A DNA stretch of 64,000 bases from Octopus sinensis (GCF_006345805.1 NC_042999.1:24800001-24864000); one strand, 5' to 3'; shown: positions 1-12,835, counted from the stretch's first letter. The notes: a model not told the origin generated them from the letters alone. Numbers and translations: made by a program.

Positions 1-147
1 ATAAGGCTACAATCTCCGGCTCGGAGCCTTGTGAACCACTTCCGTACAGTTGTTTCAGATAAAGAAACATCATTTACATCATTAATGTAAATAAATAAAT
101 AGGAGGTCTAGAATAAGATGTAAAGAGAAATATCAAAATATATAATA

Positions 148-511
148 CTAGCACTATGACCTGGCAACGCTGGGTCATAGTGCTAGGGCATGCATATACA
201 GCTGCATGCGTGCGCACGTACATGCGGGTACTGTCCAAATCTCCGACCAATCACATACAGCTAGCTGGCATTCAATTGGCATATCAAGTTTCAGGCATTT
301 TGATTGGGTTTTGAATAGAAAATTCACAAAAATATCACTTCTATTGATTTTTTAATGGCTTTGTGGGGTGACTGGGGAAATGTAAAGATATGCACGACCA
401 CCCTTGGACGGTTTTAAATGACCATAGAAAGTGCGAGCCCTCTAACTGAAAAATTGTGGATTTGTATAAAGGACACACACACAGACATTTTGCTGTTTAT
501 ATATAGAGAGA
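148..511 (-). mobile_element. Non-autonomous Helitron (family B)
   Basis: On the - strand: A|TCTCTCTATATATAAA 5' end, 3' hairpin ending CTAG|T; near-identical inverted copy at 53885-54249. Confidence 0.75.
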
Positions 512-716
512 TATCCTAACACCCCTTAAGAAAAATTATTTTAAGCCTTTAAGGTAAAAACAATAATAATAAACTATTGAATAGGAAAAAAATTTAGAAG
601 TTTCAGACATGCAGCATTCTCTTAGAGAAACCAGAAGTAAATATGCTATGAAACATGCTTAAGGAGATAGAATTTTTAAGAAAATAAACATTATGTAACA
701 AGAAATACTTCTTTAA

Positions 717-936
717 CCCTTTAGCATTCAGATTATTCTGTCAAATGTAAAGCTTATTTATTCACACCATGTAAAATTAATCTTGCATCATTTCATGGCT
801 TTGAGATTTCAATGTTGTGATTGTTTATTTTTAAAATGACACAGTAAGGTAGCTATGAATGACCATATCTGACTAGTTTGAACATAAAACAGGTAGAATA
901 TTTTGGCCGGATATGGCCAGTTTAAACACTAAAGGG
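717..936. mobile_element. piggyBac-type MITE
   Basis: TTAA|CCCTTTAGCATT...AACACTAAAGGG|TTAA: CCC/GGG termini with TTAA target duplication. Confidence 0.7.
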
Positions 937-1078
937 TTAAGGCATAAAATATGCAGTACCTTCTCCCTTTATATTGGATTGATGCCTTCTACAACTGGCT
1001 CTTTTTGTATACATGCTATCAGTTAATTGTTTGTAGCTATTATCTCAACATGTATTTCTAATCGGTATATCTTTACTA

Positions 1079-1157
1079 CCTCTGAAGAGATTCATCTTAT
1101 GATTTTAATTTTACAAATTAATTATCTAAAGATTACTGAATCGAAATGGCTGTCAGA
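1079..1157 (+). ncRNA. Minimal type-I hammerhead ribozyme-like motif (canonical core), probably a Penelope-type repeat end
   Basis: CTGAAGA (1082-1088), stem II GATTCA...TGAATC around an AT-rich loop, GAAA (1143-1146), TGGCT, GTC, short stem I CT/AG. Confidence 0.55.
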
Positions 1158-1357
1158 AATGTTGTCCTATTTTATAATTAATAAATAATATTTTATTAAT
1201 TACCTCTCCATTTTCTCCTTATTCTTTAAATATATGAAGCATGGTTTATATGGTTACCTTATAGTTGGACTTTCTATCAATTGGTAACTAACCAGAATTT
1301 TCATTGGATTTTAATCTCCCTTAATGAGGTTTATAACCTTTACTTGAATACATATAT

Positions 1358-1620
1358 AAGCCTTGTGAGTGGATTCCATACACAGAAACTGAAAGAAGAC
1401 TGTCGCATATATGTGTATATTTGTGTGTGTGTGTGTTTGTACCCCCACCATTGCTTGACAACCGATGTTGCTGTGGTTACATCCCCATAACTTAGCCATT
1501 TGTCAAAAAACACCTATAGAATAAGTACTAGGCTTACAAAGAATACATCCTAGGGTTGATTTCTTCAACTAAAGGCAGTGCTCCAGCATGGTCACAGTCA
1601 TATGACTGAAACAAACAAAA
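1358..1620 (+). mobile_element. 5'-truncated SINE, family S1
   Basis: Matches the body and tail of the full copy at 58968-59373. Confidence 0.75.
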
Positions 1621-1689
1621 CAATTATAAACTATGCCCTTTTAATTCTGAGCAATGCCGAGTATCTCTGCTAGTATTTATATAAGTCTG

Positions 1690-2277
1690 TAGGTTTTTAC
1701 TCCACTCTACGTTTGTTTTTGAAAGTAGTGGTTTTCTGATTGCAGCTCTCCCATGAAATCTGGCTTTGTGCAGCACCTGGCAAACAGTTTTTGTGGAAAC
1801 TGGGTTCCCAAGGTGGTCATTAAGCTCTGTAGTAATTTTGGGAGCTGTACATTTGTGATCCTTTCTAACAATTCATGTAAGAGTCCAACAGTCCCTATCT
1901 GAAAGTTTTTGTTTTCTTCCGGAATTTTGTTTTGACAAGGAGGTTTTTCCCTCTTTCTCAAAGGCTGTCATTACTTTCGAGACAGTACTCCTTGATACAC
2001 CAAACATTTCAGTTGTTTTCATTACGCTAGTGCCTGCCATATGAACACCAACAATTTGACCTCTTTGAAAGTCCAATAGATCTATCATTTTAATGAATTT
2101 TAATTACCTTTTTCTGATGATATCTGAAAAGAAACAGCAATTTTAGCAAAACATATTAAGCAACACTAATAATAAATCAAAAAACATAAAAATAAATAAG
2201 CTTTTGGTGGTTTTATAGATATTTCAAAATCATGATGCTATGATACTTGATGTTTCCATTATTTTGTCCAACCCCTG
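1690..2277 (-). mobile_element. Tc1-like transposon left end with decayed transposase N-terminus
   Basis: TIR-like CAGGGGTTGGACAAAATAATGGAAAC ending at 2277; ORF 1873-2088 DLLDFQRGQIVG...SGRKQKLSDRD continues past a stop as IVRKDHKCTAPKITTELNDHLGNPVSTKTV...HGRAAIRKPLLS (paired-like HTH). Confidence 0.85.
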
Positions 2278-2944
2278 TTTATATGGTGGTGCCCTAGCAT
2301 GGCCACAGTCTGACTGAAACAAGTAAAAGATAAAGATATATATATATATGTGTGTGTGAGTGTGTGTGTGTGTGTGTGTGTGCGTGCGTGTGTGTGTGTG
2401 TGTGTATGTGTAAGTGTATGTGTGTGTGTGCATGTGTGTGTGTGTGTGTAGGTTCAGGGATAGTTTTCTGGTTGAGAAGTTAACTTTACTACCTCATGGT
2501 TTCAGGCTTGCTCCCATGGTGCAGCACCTTATGCAAGTGTCTCTCACTATAGCCCAGGTCAACCAAAGTTTTGTGAGAGAATATACTTGATGGAAACTGA
2601 AAGAAGCTCATTTCATTGTATGCGTGTGTGTGTGTGTGTGTGTGTGCGTGCGGTAAGTTAAGTAATTTCAGCGATAGGCTCAATCTTATGAAAATAAGAA
2701 ACCAGTTCATATGAGGTTAGAATCAATGCTCAATCTGCAGGGGACTAGATTCAACTTTAAGAGATCAGCCATAAAAGGCTAGCGAGAAGATCAGAATCAA
2801 CTTTAAGAAGTGTTCAATAAATTGCTATATAGAATCTAATATCTCAGGTGTATAAGCCACTATTTGTTTTGTTTTACCTTCATGTTTTGATAATGTTATT
2901 GTTAATCTAATAAAAACTTTTATGTAGACGAAATGTGTTTGTTG

Positions 2945-3345
2945 GGATCTTTTTGGTTTGAACGGCAGTTTTTTTTAGCGGTGTCATATGAAATTGTCAC
3001 CCATAATTATGACCCTAGAATCGATCTATTGCATTTAGGGTTAGGGGTGGGGGAAGGGTATCTTTTTTTCTTCATAAATGTAAATAAACCCAATGTGTTT
3101 CTTAAACGAGGGACATATTCATTCGGCACAGAATGCTTTTTAACTCAATAGACGTCACTGATTGGTTGAAATTGCAGAAATTGAAGGAAAAAAAAACAAC
3201 AAATATCTTGCAAACTATAGAATTTTCTCAATAAAGGCAAGAGAAAAAGATGTTTTATAAGCACATTCTGCCAGTATACGAAGTTTAACATTTTTTAGTT
3301 ACCTAGAAATTATGTTAAAAACTGCCGTTCAAACCGAAAAGATCC
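2945..3345. mobile_element. GGATC-TIR MITE (Merlin-like) with internal TTAGGG
   Basis: TIR GGATCTTTT(C/T)GGTTTGAACGGCAGTTTT; 8-bp TSD GTTTGTTG. Confidence 0.85.
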
Positions 3346-4023
3346 GTTTGTTGTAAATAACAATACATCCTATATTTGTAAAATAAGGCATTTTGAAACT
3401 ACATATACGTCAATAACAAAAAAGCTAGCTGCGGATTCGTAGCTCTATAGGTCTTTTAAACACGGGTGCACTTTATGTGTGGATAAAACACCGATGTTGG
3501 GCAAAACGAATAAATATATGTATATAATATTTCTTCCTTCTTGGTGTTGCTTCTTCCATATTTACTGGTTATTCCAACAAGAGAACCAAAAGAGAAAAAA
3601 AGCGTGTAATATGCCATACAGGCAGTAAACAATAAATAAAATAGAACAAAGTGGTGACATTTAGTAGAGATCGATTACTATCGCAAACAAATACACGTCA
3701 TTGATTGGTTGATTGGTTGCAATTATCCAAATACGGTAACTTTAACTCGAAATAACTTCTGAAATAACAAATTTTGTCCATAACGTTCAAAATAAACCGT
3801 GTTCTGCGTGAGACGTTCCACCAGCATACGAAGTTTCAGACTGTTTAGTTTTAAAAAATTAATAAAAAAAAATCTGTGAGCCAAACTGAACAGATCCTTG
3901 TATTGCACTGCCGAAGGTAATTACAAAAATAATTATGAAAAAAAAAAAAATTAAGATAAAATATACTATTTCTGAGATATTTCAGTTACACACAAACATC
4001 TCTAGAGTTTTAGCATTATTGAT

Positions 4024-4054
<31 letters not shown>

Positions 4055-4056
4055 AG

Positions 4057-4552
4057 ATAGTGGTACAACAATTCACCAATATTTACTGGAAATAGCAGTC
4101 GATAAACGCTATAGTAAAGTTTCACTGTATATATATACTGGCAAAATGTTAGGGGGCGACGAACATAAAAAATTTCCTCTTGCTATAGGAAGAAATTAAA
4201 CAAATGTACAACCCTAATGTGGATAATCTAGGACCTAGGTTTCTGAACTTTCCAAATTACGTTTGTTAACGTAAATTTGATTAGTTCTCGTCGGCTAGAT
4301 TTACCTAGATAAAATTTCAAATGTCGCTACATTAATACCAGTATATACTCGTCTGAATTGCCTAGCCGTTAACAGACCGAGAAAAAGTTTTCAAAGGAAA
4401 AATGTTTTAATAGTGCAATACAGTAGTATTGCTTCTCAATAAAACGAAGCACCATCAGGTTAAAATATAAATATACATTGAAGCTTTACTATAGCATTGC
4501 ATATTATCGACCGCTATTTCCAGTAAATATCGGTGCATTGTTGTACCATTAT
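4057..4552. mobile_element. MITE-like element with ~75-bp imperfect TIRs
   Basis: ATAGTGGTACAACAATTCACCAATATTTACTGGAAATAGCAGTCGATAA matches the reverse complement of ~4470-4552. Confidence 0.6.
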
Positions 4553-4711
4553 GAAGGTAATCCAAAATGGTGACATTCTAACTGAACGTCTGAAAAAATT
4601 TTAGCTGTTAAAAACGCTAACAAAAAGAAACGCCAAACTAAATTTAACTCTAGACATTCATTCATTCAACCAAGAGTGACGTCATTGAATTGCCAATTTA
4701 GTTTATAAAAA

Positions 4712-5002
4712 TCTTTATATATAAAAGTCAAGTTGTGTGTCTGTCTCCTACGATTTAGATTCCTAACTACTCCCACATTTTGCGGTGCAGTTTAACCAAA
4801 ATCGGGTATCTTATAGTCGTGATTCATATCGAGCCCTTCTGGGTATTAGCGCGCATCTACGATGAGTCTACGATTAAAAAAAAAATTTACCATAATTTTT
4901 TTTCCATTTTTAATGCATTTTTTTGCTATTTTTTGGCTATAACTCTCTAAAAATGCTTATATTTCCCTTACAAACCCGAGCAACGCCGGGCGATACTGCT
5001 CG
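4712..5002 (+). mobile_element. Non-autonomous Helitron (family A, short form)
   Basis: A|TCTTTATATATAAAA start, subterminal hairpin CCCGAGCAACGCCGGG, degenerate CTCG|T end; homologous to 13193-13698. Confidence 0.75.
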
Positions 5003-5577
5003 TAAAATATAAAAAATACCATACTGATTCCATATTTTTTGACAATTTGAAATCTACATTAAAAAAACTAATGTAGAAAACGAGTATATCTATCTACTAA
5101 CATTGATGATGTCACTGGATATCTAAAGAACAAAAACTGCAGACAAGAATTCGGCTCTATAGATAACTAAAGAATAAAAACTACGGATAATAATTCTACG
5201 TAATGTTTAATAGAAACTTTTTTTACTTTAAGTCGCAATAATTAAATATCTATTTATTTATTTTATAATAAGTGAAGAATTATTATATTCAACAGAATAT
5301 ACAACTCCTGGGAATCTCACTGGGTAATTAAAATAATAATTACAGAAAAGACAACTACATATTTATTTATTCATTATAATAAACTTCTATATAGGAATCA
5401 ACCTTATCTAATAATTGAAAAATTATTATAATTAATAATATATACAATTATTGATGACAACACTAGGAAACAAAAGAATAAAAATGATAAGATAATTAAA
5501 AACCTATTTATTTTTATATTATACTCTTTTATAGGAATTAGGATTACTATATAATAATTGAAAAATTACTATAATTA

Positions 5578-6690
5578 CAGAGTGTTTCAAAAAATTTGAT
5601 ATTTTGCAATCTAATAACTTTGCCAGTTCTTGTTCAAATGACTTCAAATTTTAACTGCATGTGTATAAACGGGTCAAAATTTTATGTTTAGTGTTCGATA
5701 TGTTTCTATTTTCAGGTATAGAAATGGCATTCATTGAAAGAGAAAAAGCGTTTTGTGTGTTGGAGTATGCTCAAACACAGTCAAACAAGACTGTGCAGCA
5801 TGCATTTAAGAGAGAGTTCTCTAAAAAGTTACCAACGGCAATGCAGATTTGGACATGGTACAAAAATTCAAAGAAGAGGGCTGTCTGTGCAGGGCAAAAG
5901 AATCTGGACGACTACTAACATCGGAAGAGACGGTCGAGCGGGTTCGCCCAAAACTCTTGCGAAGCCCCAAGAAGTCCATAAGAAGAACAGGTCTGGAAAC
6001 CCAGATTCCCCCAACGACAGTTTGGCGCGTTTGGAGCATGAGAGGGACTCACCAAAAGTGAATGTGTTCTGCACCATCTCCAAGAAGCATCTTCATAGTC
6101 CGTTTTTCTTTGGGGGAAATGTCACCGGCGATATTTATCTGCAAATGCTTCAGAGCTGTCTAAGGGATGAGCTCGTTGCAAATGAACATGAAGGCTTAAT
6201 TTTTCATTTTTCAACAGGGCTCTTCCTCACTGGAAACTCACTGTGCGGGCTTATCTCAATGATAATCTGCGAGAAAGATGGATCGGGCGTGCTGGTGATG
6301 AAGACAATGTGCTGTTGAAATGAACTTGCGATTTTTTTTCTTTCAGGCTATGTGAAGGGCCTGGTCTATGTCCCCTCTCTTCCTGCAAACCTAGAGGAAC
6401 ACGACCAGAGAATCACTATCGTACTGGAGACTGTTACCCAAGACATTCTGCAGCGTGTTTGGGAGGAGCTGGACTACCGACTTGACGTGTACCGTGTCTT
6501 AGGTGGTGTGCATACTGAACTTTTGTGAAATCATTCATGAAATCCACGTACCCTTGAAATTCTCATTCAAATTTGGAGGAATAAATCTTATATTGCTAAA
6601 CATTAAGCCTATTTAGTTTCATTTGTTTTAACTACGTAGTTTCTGTGATATTTACATCTCAAATGTTATCAAATTTTTTGAAACACCCTG
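5578..6690 (+). mobile_element. Tc1/mariner element with internally deleted, frameshifted transposase (rosa/DD41D-like N-terminus)
   Basis: TA|CAG(A/G)GTGTTTCAAAAAATTTGATA TIRs at both ends; remnants EKAFCVLEY..., RSPKKSIRR, ERDSPKVNVFC, RWIGR, CDFFLSGYVK. Confidence 0.9.
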
Positions 6691-6929
6691 TATATGCAAA
6701 TCTTGATGATAATAAGGCTAATTTCTATTAAAGTGCTTAATATAATTTTTCTACTCTAGGCACAAGGCCCGAAATTTTGGAGGAGGGGGCCAGTCGATTA
6801 GATCGACGGCAGTACGTAACTGGTACTTAATTTATCAATCCCGAAAGGATGAAAGGCAAAGTCGACCTCAAAGTGCTTAATATAATGAGTAAGTAATTGA
6901 ATATAGCGGACTCCTTGGATAACACATTC

Positions 6930-8090
6930 ACTGAATTTTCGATGTGTAAATTCAAGTACCTGCCCATACCGACTGCTGACAAGAACATATTGTATGACAT
7001 GTTGACAGAGTCACCTCGTCCTTCCGTTCCTGAGAAACACCGTAGAATTGCTTTCAATGTCTTGCACAGTTTTGCTCATCCTGGCTTTGCGGCCTCAGTG
7101 AAACTCATTATGGCTAGATTCTTCTGGTCAAACACGAGGCGTGTCATTACTGAGTGGTCTTGTTCTAGTCTTCAATGCCAGAAATACAAGGCGCATAAGC
7201 ACATCCGTGCACCTCTCCGCATTTTTAACTTTCCTGACGCTCATTTCCCTCACATATCGATCTTGCGAGGCCTGGCCTGTCAGGGGTGGATTTTCCTATA
7301 TTTTAACCTGTAATGATCGCTTCACCCGATGGCATGAAGCTATCCCGTTAAGCGACATTTCCGCTGAATCTGTGGCGTGAACCTTTCCAACAGGACCTCC
7401 GTAATGCTATGATGGACCGTGAAGTCTGGCGTAGCATAGTAAATTCCATTGTCTCGACCACAGTCGAACAATAATGATGATTGTATCGGGCTGGATATTC
7501 CTGCTTCATCATGCCTACAATCATTACCATAGACCGGGGGCATCAGTTTGAGTCCCATCTCTTTGAGCAACTCTCCAGAATCATCGGCACTAAAAAATTC
7601 GCATGACCAGCTACCATCCTGCGACAAATGGAATGGTCGAGTGTTTTTTGAAGCCTTTTTGAGCCTTTCCTGACACTCAGCGTTGGACCGAGTATCTCTC
7701 TATTGTACTCTTAGGTATACGGACTTCCATTAAGGAAGACCTTGGTTTCTCTCCTGCTGAGCTGCTTTGTGGTGCTCCTTTGTCTTTGCCAGGACAGATG
7801 CTTGCCCCAATCGACCTGGATACAAAGGATCCTACCCTTTATGTGAACCGTCTGCGTTCCTACTTCCAGGAATTACCACCTATGAACACTTGGTAACAAG
7901 CTATTAAATCTTTTGTTCCAAGGGACATTGCTTTGTGGATTCGCATTTTTGTACGTAAGGACGCAGTGAGAAGTTCTCTCATTCTCCTTTACTCAGGACC
8001 TTATTGCGTGTTGGCACGCACTGATAAACATTTTACCATATACTTGAATGGATCTAGAGAAACAGTCTCTGTCGATAGATTTAAACGGGC
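6930..8090 (+). mobile_element. Gypsy/Ty3 LTR-retrotransposon integrase fragment (pseudogenised)
   Basis: HHCC-like H..AHPG...LQCQK, DRFTRWHEAIPL, IDRGHQFES, TSYHPATNGMVE, GPY module (LYSGPYCV); frameshifts and stops. Confidence 0.85.
7388..7481 (+). mobile_element. Short 3' end of an RTE-type LINE inserted in the Gypsy integrase
   Basis: Nearly identical to 48087-48180, including the (TGA)n tail. Confidence 0.8.
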
Positions 8091-8189
8091 CTACAAATGC
8101 GCTCACACCAGAGCTTCATACTCCCACCTCATACCCTGCACAACAGGAAACAAGTGTTGCACCATCACACTCATCAAAAACACAATTAC

Positions 8190-8689
8190 ACACACCTCCC
8201 TCTCCGCCAACTTACCGGAGCAAAATTCACATCGGAGAATGAAACAAAATTGTCTGTAAAGGAAGGTGGAGAAAATAGATGTGGAATATGCAATAACAAC
8301 AATAAGTACAAATATATAGACGGGACACCCACATAAAATTTAAGAGTGAATTTTTATTCAAAGTAAATGCAAATATGAACTGCAAGACACAAAACCTCAT
8401 ATACTGCATTGCTTGCACCAAGTGCAAAGAGAATTATATTGGTGAAACCAATAATTCCCTTTGCCAACATGCAAGAATCCACAGACAGCACAGCCGACAA
8501 GAGGAGCTATGAAAAATTCCACTGAGCAAACATTTGGAAATATGGTAAGTAGCTTGTTTACCAACCACATGGTTCCGGGTTCAGTCCCACTGCTTGGCAT
8601 CTTGGGCAAGTGTCTTCTGCTATAGCCTCGGGCTGATCAAAGCCTTGTGAGTGGATTTGGTAGACGGAAACTGAAAGAAGCCCGTCGTA

Positions 8690-8753
<64 letters not shown>

Positions 8754-9090
8754 TGTGTGTGTTTGTGTATCTGTGTTTGTCCCCCTAGCATTGCTTGACA
8801 ACCGATGCTGGTGTGTTTATATCCCCGTTACTTAGCGATTTGGCAAAAGAGACCGATAGAATAACTACTGGGCTTACAAAAGAATAAATCCTCGGGTCGA
8901 GTTGTCGATTAAAGGCGGTGCTCCAGCATGGCCGCAGTCAAATGACTGAAACAAGTAAAAGAGTAAAAGAGTAGAATGAAAATTCAAAATCTTCCCCTTC
9001 TGCAGATGCTCAAGAAACGACCCAAACTTCCAAAAAAAAAACCAAAACAATGGAGCTACACTTCATAAAGAAGTTCTCACCAAAATTAAA
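8190..9090 (+). mobile_element. Penelope-like element 3' remnant (GIY-YIG endonuclease with Cys-rich linker, Neptune-like), split by a SINE
   Basis: RQLTGAKF...RCGIC...NCKTQNLIYCIACTKCKENYIGET...H; after the SINE, MELHFIKKFSPKLN. Confidence 0.8.
8543..8973 (+). mobile_element. SINE family S1 with internal (TA)n(TG)n
   Basis: B-box-like GGTTCAGTCCC, internal microsatellite, AAAAGAGT tail repeats. Confidence 0.85.
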
Positions 9091-10470
9091 TGTTTGGAAA
9101 AAGAAAATATTTGGAAATATGTGAAGGAAAATTCAAAGTTCCAAAAGATAATGGAACTATACTTCACAAAAAAAGTCCTCAACAAAAATTAACATAACTA
9201 TATACTTTTTTGAAATTCCACCTTAGAGAATCCTATATGAATCTGGTTGTATATATGCTAAAGATAATCTCAAATCATTGCTAAAACCTTATTACCACAT
9301 TCTTGTTGGACCTTGCAAAACACTCCAGATTTTGAAATTCTATAAGAACAGCTGCTTTCCCTCTTCTGTACTTGGCTCTCTTTCACGTTTAGAAAATTCC
9401 ATGAGTTTTAAAATGTATTCAAAACAAAACAGCCAACCAGAAATAGATGAATTTGGAAATATAATTGTGACAGCATTGTGTATTGTTTTTCAAAATTCCA
9501 TTTTGCAGTCTGAAGAACAAATACTCGGACAAAAATCAAGAGTAGTGGCTAAAATGAACAAAACTTTCCAAATTTATTTAACCAGAGAGATGAATCTATA
9601 ATCATATTAATTAATTGTTGAAAAATATCATTATGTGTACTTATGTATGTGTGGTGTGTGTTTGTGTGCACAAATAGGAACATGTACATATATAGATGTC
9701 TTCGAGTGTGTGTGTGTATATATATATATATATGTATATATGTATGAATATGTGTGTATATATATGTGTGTGTATATGTATCTGTGGCATGCAGTTGAGA
9801 TATGCTAGTCATGCACTACATGTCCGTTGATTCTTATATAACTCAAAAATCAATTTAAGAACATAATGTATTTATAACCACATTGAGAAGTTTCCAAATC
9901 ATTGAAAACTGAGCTAAAATAGTTACTTTGTTTCAAAGGAAACACGTCCAGATTGATACTTCACTGTGTTTCCATTTTGCTTGGCATGCTTAAAAAAAAG
10001 CACATATGATATCTTTTGTTCCTCGCTTCCTATCTTTCAATAGCTATCATTTCAATGCCTGTAAGATTCTTTTTTATTTTGAAAAGATAACTACGGAAGG
10101 CATACTTTCAGAAAAATGCATGTTTTGGCTTCCCCTCCCTTTCTATCAGTTCTTCGTGTCGACAATGTAATTGATGTCGCTAACGTGACAGACTAAATGG
10201 TTGAATGGGTTTGACTTTTTGAGCTGTAAAAATTCTGACCAAGACATATCGACAATCGCATAATTCTTAATTAGTCAGCTCAAATGTTACCATGACTTTG
10301 GAATATCTATTTCACTCTGTCGTAAGTTTTGAAATTATTATCATTAACCATCCTCTCTGTATTGAACAAAAGGAAATCTGAAATCAGAAATGTAATATAG
10401 CTAATTAATCTTTCGCTGATTTACAAAAATTATCTTTCCATTTTGTTGAATCTAACTTACAATTCATGAT

Positions 10471-10679
10471 CGCAGTAAAATGAGGTATACTGTGACAAAG
10501 TGAAATTAAAATGCTCATTGTTTTTGTTGTTTGTTTAAGTTTTTTTTTACAACTGAATGGTTTTTTTTTCTTCTCAAAATGAAACTTTAAAGTTACAAAA
10601 TATATGAGTGCAGAAATAAGTCAAATCTCCAACAAACTCTTCTTTACAACTTTGTCACAGTATTCCTCATTTTTCTGTG
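10471..10679. mobile_element. Small MITE-like element with ~30-bp TIRs
   Basis: CGCAGTAAAATGAGGTATACTGTGACAAAG vs CTTTGTCACAGTATTCCTCATTTTTCTGTG; no clear TSD. Confidence 0.5.
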
Positions 10680-10705
10680 GGAAATTTCTCTGAAAGAAAT
10701 ATTTG

Positions 10706-11449
10706 GGATCTTTTCTTTTTGAACGGCAGTTTTCAACACAATTTCTAGTTAACTAAAATACTGGTAGAATGTATCAAAATAAAACATTTTTTTCTCTTGG
10801 CTTTCTTGAGAAAATTGTAATTCGTAAGTTTAACGTAGTTTAATTTTTCGAATTTTAACCAATCGACGGCCTCTATTGAGCTAAAATCATTTGCTGCGTC
10901 TAAAGCTGAGACAACACCCTGTCACTAACCCTAACTCTAACCCTAACCCTAACACTAACCCTAACCTTAAATTTTAGCCTTTCGTTTATTTTCCTTAATT
11001 GTTAAATTAATTTAATTGTTACGCGTGTGTCTAAAATTATTCGTTTTGTTTTTGTTTTGAGATACACGTGTATTGTTTAAACTATTTTCCATTGCTTAAG
11101 AAAGAAAAAAAAACGAAAGGCTAAAACGAAAGCAATGGAAAATAATTTAAACAATTAACAAACAAAATAATTCTATAATTTTATACACACGCTTTCCGTA
11201 CGTAAACATAACAGTGACAGGATGTTGTCTCAGTTTTAGACGCAGCAAATGATTTTAGCTCAATAGAGACCATTGATTGGTTAAAATTCGAAAAATTAAA
11301 CTACGTTAAACTTACAAATTACAATTTTCTCAAGAAAGCCAAGAGAAAAAAATGTTTTATTTTGACTCATTCTTCCAGTATACGAAGTTTAAAAGTGTTT
11401 AGTTAACTAGAAATTGTGTTGAAAACTGCCGTTCAAAAGGAAAAGATCC
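10706..11449. mobile_element. GGATC-TIR foldback MITE with >200-bp inverted arms and a (CCCTAA)n tract
   Basis: 10706-10925 is the reverse complement of ~11215-11449; TSD AATATTTG/AATCTTTG (8 bp, 1 mismatch). Confidence 0.85.
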
Positions 11450-11939
11450 AATCTTTGCAGAAGATGAGTAGATTGATTACACATTTCTTTCATTATTTTA
11501 TCACAGATTTTTCCTCCAGCAAATCCCTGTGAGATTTGGCTGTTATTTCTGGCATGTGGATAGCTTGCTTGAAGGCTGTAGAATCGGGATGGGTTTTTTT
11601 TTTGTTTTGTTTTTGAAAAATTGAAATTTTACAGTTTTTTTTCAGAATCATAATCTTCCTATTTTTCTACGTATTTCCCCCAAAAATTCCTGAAAAAGTG
11701 AAAAATGAAGAAATGGGGGGGGGGGGGGTTAAAATTTTGAAGTTACGATTTTCCTCAATTTTTCTTTTTTTTCAGAATAGGAATTTCCATAGACAAAAAT
11801 GTGGGTTTCCATAAAAAAAAAAAAAAATTAAGGTGGAAAGTGGTTGTGTTACATCTCCACCATGTGTACCAAGTATTTATTGCATGACCAACCTCAGAAG
11901 TCACTGCACACAACTGATATGAATGTATACATATATATA

Positions 11940-12135
11940 TCGTGATAAATCGTTAACCACTACACCTAAACACATTTTTTCTCTCTCCTTTTTTCTGTGT
12001 CCCTTTCTGTAGAAGAGCGTAGGCTCGAAACGTAAAAGACTTTTTCTATTCCTGAGCGTTATACTAATACATCCGTTTGTTTTGTACACCACCTGTCTTC
12101 GTCTTTTGTTTCGTTTTTTTCGTAAATTCTCCCTA
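11940..12135 (+). mobile_element. Short (TA)n-associated repeat with hammerhead-like motif (12003-12038); retrozyme or Penelope pLTR-like
   Basis: CTTT-CTGTAGA-A-GAGC GTAG GCTC-GAAA-CG-TA-AAAG; homologues at 12650-12792, 13732-13945, 52311-52497. Confidence 0.65.
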
Positions 12136-12649
12136 TATATTGCAGTGTGAGTGTATAGTGAACTAAAAATCACTCTTTTGAAAACATTTAGAATTTCAAT
12201 AAAAATAAAGTAGACCACATCCATACATTCTTTAATGAATTCAAAAGAACAAGACCTGGAAATACAATTATAATTTTTACTGAAGTAGGTCAAAAACAAC
12301 ATCTGGTTTTTTAATTAAAACCTCCACCAATTCAAATACAAAAAAGGCCACTAAGTACTAAACAAACAAGTCTGACCATACCTATACAAAAGCCACACCT
12401 CTTTACTTCCCCCTCCTTCTCAAAAAATTCTTTCTTCTTTCTTATCCCTTGCTCAGCAAACCTCACAAAATTCTTTATATATAAAAAGGCCCAGAAATCT
12501 AACTTTAAACTGTTTTTTGATAAATCTGAAAGCTGAAGAAAGTGCTAAAAATATAAATAAAATGTAAATAAAAAATACATATATATATAATCATCCAACA
12601 TTCTGACTATCTTATAAATATACATCTGAACATCCATTTAAAACTCTCT

Positions 12650-12788
12650 CTCTCTCTTTTTTTTCTCCTTGTTTCTTGTTTTTTCTGTGTACCATTCTGT
12701 AGAAGAGTGTAGGCTCGAAACGTAAAAGACATCTGTTTGTTTTGTACACCACCTGTCTTCGTCTTTTTTTTTTTCTCGTAATCTTTCC

Positions 12789-12835
<47 letters not shown>

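Noticed and set aside
9278-9601. 107-aa ORF upstream of the first FA2H exon found
   Set aside because: No recognisable motif, no cytochrome-b5 HPGG and no convincing splice sites.
10925-10970. Telomere or chromosome-fusion relic (CCCTAA)n
   Set aside because: Short, degenerate and always internal to the GGATC MITE family.
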